DNA of 64,000 nucleotides from Daphnia carinata (Eukaryota): NCBI RefSeq assembly GCF_022539665.2, contig NC_081333.1, positions 10,602,001 to 10,666,000 of the forward strand, read 5' to 3'. Shown piece by piece: positions 50,268 to 62,400 of this stretch (position 1 is its first letter; each line of letters starts with the position of its first letter). The notes under the pieces were generated by a model. It saw only the letters and a program-made list of their open reading frames with translations, ran no database searches and was not told where the DNA came from. The position numbers and the translations under genes were made by a program.

Positions 50268-52554
50268 CTCGCCAGTTTTGGTTAGAATGACTTCAATTTC
50301 ACTGCGATCGCGTCTTGTTAAATACGGAAACCGGTTGAGCACATTCGCCTCTGGCAAATATACTGTAGCTGAAAGAAATAAAAATTGCAAGCCGAATGTT
50401 CCGACAGAGACAGTATCTAAACTTTTTCTGTGTTAAACGACCTCTACCTTGCCTTTCAGTGCGCAATATTCCGCGCTCTCTTTATTATTGATTTCATCAT
50501 TAGTTTTTCCTTCACCAGGTTTTCCATTGGTAAACTCTTATTTACCTTGGCTCTCTTTTGTTGTTTTATTTTCTTCCTGTTTTAGATTTTTCAGCGTCAG
50601 TGCTATGGGGCTTTATTTCATACTCGACCTCGTCCAAAAGATAAGAGGCGTCATCAGAACAATGGTGTTGCATTTGTAGTAATCAAGAAAGATTATGATT
50701 TGTTATTTTGCTCCATTTGCTCTGTTACTTACAGGTTAGCTAGAGAGCCAACATTAAATCCCTTCAACTCCTTTCACAGTGTGAGACATTGCGCCATAAA
50801 TCCAATGACAGAAAGCGATCAGAAATCGCCTTCCGGTGATGCGGTAAGCAAGGTCCGTGAAAAGCATAACAAAATTGCACACGCATAGTATGAAATTTGG
50901 GCTGCGCGCAGGTGAGAATTCGTCACGGTTTCTATACTTCCATCGGCTCACTCCCATGTCGATACCAGCATTGGTAGCCGCAATTATAGTATTATAAAAA
51001 CCAGCTCGTAGCTAGCACACAAAGCTTTAGTATGTTTATTTACAGCAGTAAAAGAATACTGGAATAGGAAAAGAAATACATTAATTCCTAGTATCGTCAA
51101 GAGTCATAAGTGAAACTACCTTTATGATAATGACAAAACCGCAACCTGAATGTGTATATCAGTACAAAACTTCCCTCTGCACGCACGCTTTCACGCTACA
51201 ATTGTTTTTAATTTTCCCTGATAATCAAAACAGCCATTTTGCACTGAAAACTAACCGTGGAGAACTGATGATTCATTTTGGAGGCTAAGTTTAGAAGGCA
51301 ATTACCTTGTTTTGTCTAACCGCATAAGTCGTTGCTTTCAATGTTACTGCTGAATTTTTCGCAGACCCATAGGAAAACTACACATCAAATCGTTATTGGT
51401 TCATGTAGATTGCTTGTTAAATGGTTCTATTTTATTTATTCGTTTCTAAGGAAGAGGCAATTAAGGAAAAAAGAGTCTTAAGGAAGTTTGGGTTTCAGTT
51501 TCTTTATATAAAATCTATTTTTGAATTCCATGGTCGTTTGCATAATCGCAGAATAAAAAAGACGGGCACAGAACAGATTTGTTCAGCTCAATCTCATTTT
51601 CTACGACACCTGTGGGTTGGAGATCACTTCAGTTACAGTAGACTACACTTCCCTCTTTCAAATATAGCCCATGAATTACGTAACATGAATGCAGGATTTC
51701 ACTGCTAGCAAAAGGTCAATCAACTCAACTCTCTCCCTTTTCTGCATATCTTTAGCTTGTTTTTTTTGCGAAGCAATCGGAGTACAATGAACGAAACCAC
51801 TGCCGGAGAAAAGTTTTAGTGGGTGCTTTGTAACTTTTTTCCAAAACCTCACGAGGGGCGAAACTCGCTTATGGTAGCATTGCGAGAAGATCGACCACTA
51901 CTACTTTTACCTGCCCGCTTTGTTTGTACATGTGGTACTACACATCGCAATCTTTGCCAAAGAAAAGGAAAAATCGAGCTGCACTTACACCTTTTTTGTG
52001 TACACATCGACCCACATTGATGGCGCTGAAGAACAAAACCAACCCACACCAAAACGAAAGCACGCGAGTGTTCCAGAAACGATATACATTCTAATTGGGA
52101 ACCCTGACCTGTTGCTGATCACTGGAACAAGGTAAAGAAATTTTCTGAATACGAGACAGATGGTAAAAATAATATAGCTACAATAATGCGCAAACGCCAA
52201 GAATGGATGTGTTGGCTTACACAACAATTCGTGAATGGCATGAGGGAACCTTCCTTCTTTAGGTTTTTTATTTCATAATAGCCTACTCTTTTTCAGTCAA
52301 ACGTGGCAATTATGTTTGCTGACAAACTGGTCATTCAGCACACGTCCTTCAAAAATTTTGAATGAGTCAAGGATTCGTTTATGGTGCCACATCAAGTAAT
52401 TCTTTAAATCTTTTAGATTGGCACATCACGAGTCTTTCTCGCTGAAACAATGCAAAAATTGGCAGTGTTTTGCATTGTTTAGTCTACTTCTGCTGTATGT
52501 ATTTTCATTTCCTTTCTTTTTATTAACACGCGAGTCACCTTGAATAGCAATTTT

Positions 52555-53040
52555 CAATGGCTGAATGCATTAAAAAGATTCAGCTTTTGTTTTGCTGCCA
52601 GTAAAGGTTGTTCCGCGAAAAGGCAATGAGTCTCTCTGTCATGTTGCTGGGCGTTTATTTTTCCTTTGAATGTTCTAGATTTGCATACCACGGGTTTTTC
52701 CCGTTCAAACAATCCAAAATAGGCAATATTTTGCACTTTTTTTTATTTCTGCTGTATTTCCTTTTTCGTCTTCTTCATTAGAAGGCGAACTTCACCTGAA
52801 CAATAACCTGCGATGCTGAATCCGTTAAGAAGATTCAGCTTTTGTTTTTTTTGCCATCAAATCTTGTTCCACAAACAGACGATGCGTCTCTCGGTTATTT
52901 TTATGGGCGTCTATGTTTTCATTTCACATCACCAATTTGAGGTGATGCCAACGGTTAAAACTTGTTGAAGGTTGGGCTTCCATCCGCTTCTACTCATTCC
53001 ACGTTCTAGTATAAAGAGGCGACCTTCATTTATTTATTTG
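52555..53040. repeat. Diverged tandem duplication (~255 bp period) between ebony copies 1 and 2
   Basis: GCTGAAT..AAGATTCAGCTTTTGTTTT..TGCCA..TTGTTCC..GTCTCTC..TGGGCGT occurs near 52560 and again near 52815; AGGCGA.CTTCA occurs near 52783 and near 53017. Confidence 0.7.
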
Positions 53041-53430
53041 CTATTTATTTTTTTACGACAGGAAAAACTAAAGCTGTGCTCAGTCATCCGACAACCATTT
53101 TTACTCATGAGCGGTCACCGTTTTTTTCTGTATTATTTTAGTTTATCCCGTATTAGACTTCACCCTGCTACAACAAGGTAACCAAACTGTATGGCAAGCC
53201 CGCAGCATTTTAAAATTTTTCTTTTTTCAAAGTACAGCTTCATGTGGTTCCCGTCATGACACACAGAATCAAATGAGTACATGTTCTTATTATTTAAAGC
53301 GAACGCAAACGGTAATACGCTTTGCTTTAAAAAACGTTTGCTGTATTAGAGTCAATTATGTTGTCGTTTGGCAGTTCTACTAGGCTCACCAGGAGTTTTC
53401 AAAATATTATAACTGGATTCACTGGAAAGT

Positions 53431-56400
53431 TTAATGGATGTATTTAACTGTAACAGTTGAATACTGGGTATCAGGAGCGTGCAAGAAGGGTCTTGTTCCA
53501 TCAGATGCGACGAACTGATTCACTTGGCATTCGAACAGGACGGTATAGTCCAGGAGATCGTCGCAGATTTGCTGGTGAATGACAAGGCGAGTTAGTTTGG
53601 GCTGCAGCATTTTCGATCAAAGGTATAAAATGATCAGTTTTTGGCAGTTACCCTCGTGAGTTCGTTAGTGTTGGTTGTGAAAACACCCACGAAGCCTTTC
53701 CGTTTGGCCAGTGCCAGAATTTCTTCTTCCGTTTTCTGAATGAGTTTGACATTTTCTAGTGCACTGAATGTCTCTGCCGTTGCCATCATAAAACTATGGA
53801 TCAATAAGTTGTTTCGCTTTTCAAAGTGTTTCTCTCTGACAGGAGCCTCAATCGACTCGAGAAATTCAAAGACGTATGCCAAACGGCGGGCTTTTGGTTC
53901 AACCACTGGCTCATCAAAAAGATCGAAATTTAGTGCCACGGCGCCGACGTTTCCACTCTCATCCTTGAGGACAAAGCTAATAACGAAACAATAGTCGGAC
54001 AACAGTAGTGCACTGAAATTTAATCATGTTTTAACCTCAACTCAGCTGCCACCAACGGCTCCCAGAGCTCTTCCATGAAGATTTCGTAATCCTCGCGAGT
54101 GACGCCAGTCAACAGTTCAAGCTCTGCTTTCTCCGAGAAGCTATGGCTAATAATCCTAACATCAAATCGATTTCACTAAGCTATGCTCGACACGTTGAAA
54201 AGTTTGTAGATGTTTGTAGCTGGGGCTAGTACCTAATGACGTCTTCCTTTACTGATGCATCAAGCATTTCTACTACGTGATCGTAAAGTTGAGGACATGT
54301 GTGCGTCTTTGATCCCGGCTTTGCGGGCAAAAGTTCTGGAACTAGATCTCGTAGTTGGGAGGCTCCTAGGAATTCGGTTAAATCTGCCGTGATGTAATGG
54401 TATGAGGTTGCGTGAAACGTTTACGTAACCAAGTTCTCAGTAGCTATTGATTACCTATGTGAAAGCCTTGATCTTTTAGCTTGGTGACCACATTGACAGC
54501 ATTGAGGGAATTGCCTCCAATTTCAAAAAAATTGTCCGAAAGTTGAACAAGTTTACCAGATGAAGTGCCGATTATCGAATGGATTGTCTTTAAAAGGGCT
54601 CGTTCTTCACGACTGAATTCATTGCTGTCCCATATCGTTGAATAATTTGTTGTGCCTATGTAACATGCAAAAATCCATAATCATTGTTTGTTTTAGATTG
54701 CAATCAGAAGTTCTGTGTACCCTTTTGTTGGTGGAGTTGATCAGCGTAGATTTGCATGAGTTTCTGACGATCAACTTTACCGTTGACGAGTAACGGTAGC
54801 TCGTCAATCACCACGAACTAAGGATTGAACGCCGATAGAAGACTGAAATTAAAGGAGAACTTCATGAACAAGAGAATTACCTTTGGCATCATGTAAGATA
54901 AGAGCTTATCCTTCATCCGCTCTTTGATTATTTCAACAGTGGTTTCTTTCTGCACAGGTATTATGAAAGCCACGATTTCCTTTTGCGGAGGACAATAAAG
55001 ATGGTAAATTTCGCAAAAGCTGTTAGTGTTGAAAGTTAAATTGCTATATTATAACAAACCTGCTCAGGTTCACCGGCTTTGTAACTAAGGACGACGCATG
55101 CTGAGACTAATTTGTTCCATTCGATGGCAGCGTTGATTTCACTCAGATCAACGCGATGGCCTCGAATTTTGACTTGCGAATCAGCACGACCGAAATAGTA
55201 AAGTTGGCCGTTGATGATCCTACCGTAATCGCCCGTTCGAAACATGACGCCATAACCTTCCGCGAAGCATATTACCATTTAAGTTATTTTTCAAAGTCTC
55301 ATTTAATCTTTTAAACCCAATGCATACCTGGTGTGTTGTCAACGTGATTTTTCAAGAAACGTTCCATTTCTCGGTTTCTCACGTAACCCGAACACAGGTG
55401 ACTTCCAGCAACGTAGAGCTCTCCAATCTCACCTTCATTCACGAGCTCTTTTGACGAGTCTAACAGGTATATGGCACAGTTATCCATGGGTTTACCTGTT
55501 GTCATAATTTCATAGCGCTCAGCATAAATTTAACTGGAGCTTACATTCTGAAAATATTCTGCTATTACCAATAGGAATCTTATCATCAATGAAGGAAGCA
55601 AGCACATCTTCTCGCGATCTGAAAGTCGCGTAGGTAACGTCACCCATTAATTCAGTGCTGCCGTAATAGTTGGAAATAACTGTCCCGGAAGGAAAACAAT
55701 CGTAGAATTCAAGAAGTAGCTCGCCAGTGAGGATCTCTCCTGAACAAACCCACATCTTGAGATGCTGAAGAGGATAATGTTCATCGTCGGCAAGTGGCAA
55801 AGATGCGTCCGTCATTTGGACACGAGATTTCAAAAGGGTTAGCATCGCTTTGAGAAGAGATGGGACTAAGACGAGGCGTGTTATTTTGGATCGATCCAAG
55901 AGATCGATGAAACGCTGTGCGTCCTGAATGACGGGCTTGGACACGACCTCAACGGGTTGCCCGATCAATAAGGGTGCCCAAATCTCAGCCATGGAGTCAA
56001 CGAAAGTAAGAGCCGTTTTGAAACAGCCCACCTCTGTGGAATGGAAAGGAAAAGTGCGCCATTGCCAATTGAGTCGGTGGAGTATTGTTGAGTGCTCCAG
56101 ACGGACGCCTTTGGGAACTCCCGTCGATCCCGAAGTGTAAAGCACAGCTGCCAAAACATTTCGTACACGTGGAGCAGTTTCATTTCCCTTTGTCTCTTCG
56201 TTGAAAGTGCTGGACGCTTCACTGCCCTTTTTGTTTTCGAGATCAAAGACTGTCACGTTGAGCTCAACAACGACGGATGCAAATGCCGTGGCTTGCAGGA
56301 TGGATCCGGTGGTGAGTAGTAAAATAGGTTGGGCATCTTGAAGGATGTGTGAGACTCTATCAGCTGGGAATGTTGGATCGAGTGGCAAATAAGCGGCGCC

Positions 56401-56745
56401 AATTTTGAAAATGGCCAGCAAGCTAACAATTAGCTCGATATCAGGAAACAGGTTGACCGCCACGATCTTGTCACCTTCTGGTGGGGGTAGTGATTCAACA
56501 GCTCGCGCTAACCGCTCAGCCAACTGCGTTGCTTTTCTGTTCAACTCGGCAAAGGTGATGACCATCCCGTTGTGATGCAGTGCTTCACGCTCGCCTAGTT
56601 CTGGATTCTCTGACAGAGCTTTATTCAAGACTGCGTCCAACGTGAAACACTCGCCATCATCACTGAGGTTTGGATGGCTTTCACCGCGAAGAAAGGATCG
56701 TCCTTCCATGTCGCCGGTTCTCACTAGACTGACACGGAGTTCCAT
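53431..56745 (-). CDS. ebony: Ebony-type NRPS, copy 2; same 10-exon structure as copy 1
   Basis: Large first exon 56745 (or ATG at 56709) to 55569, then exons colinear with copy 1. All A-domain cores, PCP GGNSL serine, FSEKAELE and HSFMMAT present; ends TVKYIH-stop at 53431. No stop or frameshift found in the spliced frame. Confidence 0.95.
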
Positions 56746-57877
56746 GCAATCGCGTCACGTTAAATAAGAAACCGGTTGAGCTCTTTCGCCGCTGGCAAAC
56801 AGTGATGGAAGAGATAAAATAGCTCGACCGGAATAAATGAAGGAAGCGGTTGGCATTGTTGCTGTCGGCCGTGTAATTTGAGTTCCGTCTCCTCTTTTTG
56901 ACAAGCTTTGGTAACTGGTTGCTTGTCACTTTAAATTGAAAAAGCGCTACCAGTATGCAAGCGTCCACCGCTTTCTGCATTATGAATGTAATCTCCACGC
57001 ATAGGGAGGAAATAAATAATTACTCCTTCCCTGCAGACGTTCGGAGATTGAAACAGAATCATTGGGCGAGCATCCGCTGTTTCCGGACATCGGCCAATGA
57101 CGTTTTCAATCTTTCACTTCCTTTTGCTGGTTGACGTTTATGATTCATGGGATGGAACAAAAATATAGCAAGCCAAACTTACCGACAGAACCATTTTACG
57201 ATCTCAGTTATCTTCTATGTGTTTGTTTTTGCACTTTTCATCCTAGTCTGGGTTCAATCAGCGATGGTGGAAAATTGCTTAAATCTTTTATTATTAGGTT
57301 CTACGGTGAAGTCAGTTGCCCGTCAAAATCAGTTTAATCCAACCAGTGAATGGTATTCAGCTTCATTGATAATTTTTATGGTAGAAATTTCGTGGGTATT
57401 TACGACTTTTTGTGGCAACATTGCCTTAAAAATGATCACCTATCCTTCACATTTACCTGTGTCCTTGGGCATTACCTGTACGTGGAATTTTAGAGTAGTG
57501 GAAAGGAAAATGTGTAAAGAAAGGTCGTTCCTGTCGTTTTTCCTGGAAGCACAAAATAGTATTCTGCCCCATCCTTTTCTCATTATCTCAACATCAGTTT
57601 TTCTATGTATTTCAGTTCAGTCAGAAATTGCAATTGTGCAAAGAAGGTTACGGAAGTTATTTAGTCTGCCGTAGGTACAAGTATGATTATTGTGTTAGTT
57701 CAAACAGGTTTCAGTGAGACAATCCAACGTTATCTCAGGCATCTTGTGCTCTTTATTGAATTATTTTCATTTCCACGTTTTTCACCTTGCGCAAAAGATT
57801 GCTTTTGATTATCAAAGGCTATTCTGAGATTTGGCCGGCACAACTTTGATAATATTTCAGCGTCAATGATTCTGGAT

Positions 57878-57903
57878 GTGTATATATGTGTGTGTGTGTG
57901 TGT
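57878..57903. repeat. (TG)n/(TA)n microsatellite
   Basis: tgtgtatatatgtgtgtgtgtgtgtg run. Confidence 0.8.
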
Positions 57904-58255
57904 CGGATTCAGCGTACACTCATTGAGTTGGTAATACTGTGGTATATTATAATTCTTTGTAGCATTCTAAATGAAATTAAGTACATAGTAATCAAATAGA
58001 ATATGTTAATTGCGCCAGTTTGACGCGATTGATTGCGATCAGACATCAAATGATGCATTATCTCGTCTTTTGCATTATTCTGTCCCAATAAATGTCAGAT
58101 GTTATTTGAAAACAATTAAGACTTTTTCGACTTTGTAGATGGATTTCCGCGATTGCGTTGGCAGGTACGATGGTGTTCCAGATATGTGGTTGTACGTATA
58201 TAGTTGGTCTCTTCTTTTCAGAGTTCCATTTGTTGCTATAAATCAACTAATCATG

Positions 58256-61200
58256 TCAAAGATATTTGACCCCAATTGTGATTAATTGAGAATCCGGTGC
58301 GTGGGAGAAGGGCTTCGTCTCGTCCGACGCTACAAATTGGTTCACTTGGTACTCCCTAAAAGCAGCGGATTGGGCATTAGTAACAAAATCAAGTAAAAAT
58401 CGTTTCATTGTAATTACCCAAGGATTTCATAGTCCAAAACGTCGTTACAAATTTGCTGGAATTTCAATTATGTCGATTAATTATGAAGTTTGGCGTACGA
58501 AGAATAATTTTTTTGGTTATACTTGCGTTAGGGGACTCGAATTGGAGGTAAAGATGCATTGGAAACCGTTGGACTTGGCGAGCGCCAAGGTTTCTCTTTC
58601 GACGCATTGAACCAGCGCCACATTCTCGGCCGGAGTGAGCAGGGCGCTGTCAGTGACGACCTTTTTTTTCGGTAGTTTAAGGCAAAACAAAATGAAACTG
58701 GCGTCTTTTAAAAGGTACCATCAAGCATTTCATGTTTTTTTTTCTATTCGTGTCTAAAATCGATGAATGCTGATTTCATTATGTACATGTAGCGAATTAC
58801 CAGAAAATTTTGTAGAACGTGGCCCTTTTTTCCATTCACCAGAGCCTCCCTGTTTTTACAATTCGTAATATATAGGACATTACTAACTAAATTAAATAAC
58901 TATTAATTTGATAAAAATGAAGCGCTATTTACAGGAACGCTATACACCGGTGGGCCAGAGCTGCAGTCATCACGCTCAACACCTGGTATGAGACATATAA
59001 ATACGGATCCACCTCATGCACTTTGTACACACTATAGAACACCGTCCAAGGTCAAGAACGTCTTGCTCTACAACACGGGCGTTCAAGGGCGGTCTGATTT
59101 TGGCTACTGTACACATCGAGCATAAGCTGGCAACCGGCGGAACTTGTGGACGGAACTATGGAACGCGCGTGTCGGCCCGGTTGATTGGCGCATTGCCCAC
59201 TTGGCAAAGCCGTTGATGTTGTTGGCCACATCGTGTTCGTTCTTGCAGTGCAGCAGCACTTTTTTGTTTATAAATATTCGGCTGGACAGGGGAACGTGGC
59301 CCAGAAAACTGTGACCACCAGCAGGAAAAAAGCCGAAGATCGTGTGTTGATTCTTACTACCAAGGATGCCTTATGACCTTACACACTTGCAACGTGATGT
59401 TATCGCTTGGTTATTGACAATGTTTTGATGGACTTACCTAGCGGGACCTTTGGCGTGCTCAAGCACTTCGAAAACATAGTCCAACGCCTTTGCCCTAGGA
59501 TTGAGCTTGGGTACGTCGTACGCGTCACAATTCATTCCACAAGCAACTGTCTGTCCTTGGAGGTTTTTAACTGTAAAACTGTTGTCAATGTCAGAGTTAA
59601 GGATGATTCCTTATTTTATTTTATGAACTATTAAGGAAACATTTGGTAGTAAATTGCACCTTAGGTTTGCATCCAAAAAATGGTCCCAGACGTCGTCAAG
59701 GAGAGGCTCGTAGTCTTCGTATTTGACGCCGGTTAGTAATTCCAGATCCCCCTTTTGTGAAAAACATTCACACGTGATGCTAGAGATTGTGAAAACACGG
59801 TAAAATTCAAATTTCAGTAGTAAAATATCTATAGATATAATGACAATTTTGCAAACCGTTTGACTTCCTCTTTGACGAATGGATTTAACATTTCAATCTT
59901 GTAGTCGTTGACAGGCTGCTGCTGTGGCTGCTTCCCGCAAGTTGGCGAAAATTCCCGGCATTTGGATGAAGCTTCCATCTTTATGACAACCTGGTGGAGA
60001 TTATCGGCCTCGAGGAAATCAACGAGGTCTGTAAAAGCATATAGCGTTAAGTGAGCTTATTTAAGAGCAGCTTTATCGTTAATAGCGATAACATTTCTAT
60101 TCACACTTTATGCAGTTGCGCTTCGTTACCTAGATAGAATCCTTGATCTCTGAGTTTCGTAACGACTGTAACAGCGTTAAGAGAATTTCCACCGACGTAG
60201 AAGTAGTTGTCCGTTAAGGCCAATGGTTTGTGAAGCGATCCGCCCAGTACAGACAAAACTGTTTTTAAAAGGGCACTGGCTACGTTTCGTTCTCTTTCAT
60301 CCAACCGGTTCAGCTCATTCTCATTCCACCTGCAAATGATAGGCTTACCTTTATTTGATTTTCAAAAAGAAATAGAAAAAGAAAAGAAATTCATTAATCT
60401 TCGATGTCACAGCATTGAATGTATTATTTCAGATTACTTTTGAAATTCTTGGCGTAGTCTCTGAGTAAGAGTTGTCGATCGATCTTGCCGTTGACTAGTA
60501 GAGGGATTTCACCAACGACGACAACCTTATCATCAACACACTCGATCAGTTAACAATAGACGTGATTGGTGTCAGTAGATAATTTAGCGTACCCTCGGCA
60601 TGGCGTAGGAGACCAGTTTTTTCTTTAAACATTGATGAATCGACAAAGGATTCGTGTTTGTCACAACAAACGCGATGATTTCCTATTGAGAATGTTAAAT
60701 CGTTAACTATCTTCGTTACTTTAAGATGCTCAGGAAACAAGGAAACCTGTTCTGGCTGTCCAGGTTTGTAGCACAGGACAACACCCTTGATCACTTGTTC
60801 CAACTGAAGGACGGCAGCATTGATCTCCGTGAGATCTACTCGATGTCCGCGGACCTTTATTTGCGAGTCTGCCCGACCCTCGTAATAAAGTTGACCGTTG
60901 ACAATCCGACCATAGTCACCCGTCCGGTACATTATTTCATATCCTAATTTGTATTACGTGTTTTTTTAAATTATCAGGTATTTAGCGCAACTCTGCAGGT
61001 AATGGCTCAAATGAGACTAACCTTTCCTCTCTTCGGTGGAGTTGGCGATAAACGATGTTGTGTTGACCGTCTTGGTTCCATTGATGTAGCCATCAGCTAC
61101 GTGCGCACCCGAAACAAATACTTCGCCAATCTGGCCGCTTTCCACTGGTTCTCCAAATGGATTGAGGATGTAAATAGCACAATTATCCAATGCTGATCCT

Positions 61201-62400
61201 GTGTTATTCATTAATAATATTAAGCTGTTGAAGGATTCTTTAATTTTTAATAATTGGTTGTTGCTAATAATAGTTGATGCTACCTAGTGGGATCCGATTG
61301 TCGACCGTTAAACTGTCCACATCTTCTTCGTTGCGAAACGTGACGCTGGTCACGTCCCCCATCACCTCTGTACTGCCGTAGAAGTTGCAAACTGGGCCGT
61401 TCAATAGTTGAAAGAATTGGCGAAGTAGCTGGGGTGGCAACACTTCCCCCGAACAGACCCAAAGCCGCAGCTGTTGCAGGGGAGGTTTTGCTGATTTATT
61501 GTCCCTCCCAAGGTAATCAAGAATAGCGGACAGAAGTGAAGGAACTAACACGAGCCGTGTTACACAATGGGATTCAAGGGTTGTGACAAAGACCTCAGGA
61601 TTCTGAGTGATAATCTTTGGAACAATGACGACTGGCACACCTTTGAGCAACGGCGCCCATATCTCAGCGATCGAATCGACGAAAGTTAGGGCTGTTTTAA
61701 AACAGCAAACTTCTCTCGATAGGAAAGGAAAGTTACGCCACTGCCAATTCAAGCGATAATATATATTTCGATGGGTCAGTCGGACTCCTTTCGGCGTTCC
61801 AGTGCTACCGGATGTGTACAACACCACGGCCAAATCCTGGCGTCTTGCTGGTAAATCAAGTTGTTGACATTGCTGTTCGTTGTGTTCATCGCGATCGTAA
61901 CGATAAACGGACAAATCTTGAAAGAGATTACTAAAATGAACCTCGTTTAGTACAGCAGTGGAAGAGATGAGCAACGCGGGCTTAGCGTCGTCGAGGATGT
62001 GTGCCACTCTGTTTGATGGAAAAGCAGGATCAAATGGAAGGTAAGCGGCACCGAGCTTGAAGATGGCCAGAAGTGAAACAATCAACTCGGTGCTTGGTGG
62101 TAAACAGACGGCGATAATCCAATCGTCTTGACAAGTTCTCCTGTCAACTGGGCTGATGGTCCACAATTTTTGAGCCAACGCCGTAGCTCTTTGTTCCAGC
62201 TGGCCGAATGTGATGGGCAGTTGGTTCCGACAGACTGAAAGTATGAGCGCTGGACGATCTTGGATAGTGTCAGTGGACAACTCGGTCGTCGTTAGCAAGC
62301 GCTGCCACACTTGAGCAATGCCAAAGGGCTGGCAAAGTTCGTATTCGCATCCGGCCAGCACCGATTTGTTGTTGCCATCCGCTTCCATACCTTCCATCAT
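58256..62400 (-). CDS. ebony: Ebony-type NRPS, copy 3; divergent paralog, 13 exons
   Basis: First exon 62400-61284 ([36 protein letters not shown]), then YRTGDY/GRADSQIKVRGHRVDLTE, NGKIDR, PCP DNYFYVGGNSL (60348-60131). C-terminal exons ~59779-59660, 59578-59438, 58849-58801, 58660-58522, 58455-58418, 58355-58256, ending IGVKYL-stop. Confidence 0.9.

Noticed and set aside
49486..50436. Plus-strand ORFs overlapping the ebony exons (also 55928-56319)
   Set aside because: Antisense shadows of real coding exons.
58661..59437. Apparent disruption of ebony copy 3 in its C-terminal domain
   Set aside because: A 49-nt exon (58849-58801) and a 38-nt exon (58455-58418) restore the frame and supply the missing residues.
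47006..62400. NRPS genes as bacterial horizontal transfer or contamination
   Set aside because: All copies have many spliceosomal introns and the animal ebony domain architecture.
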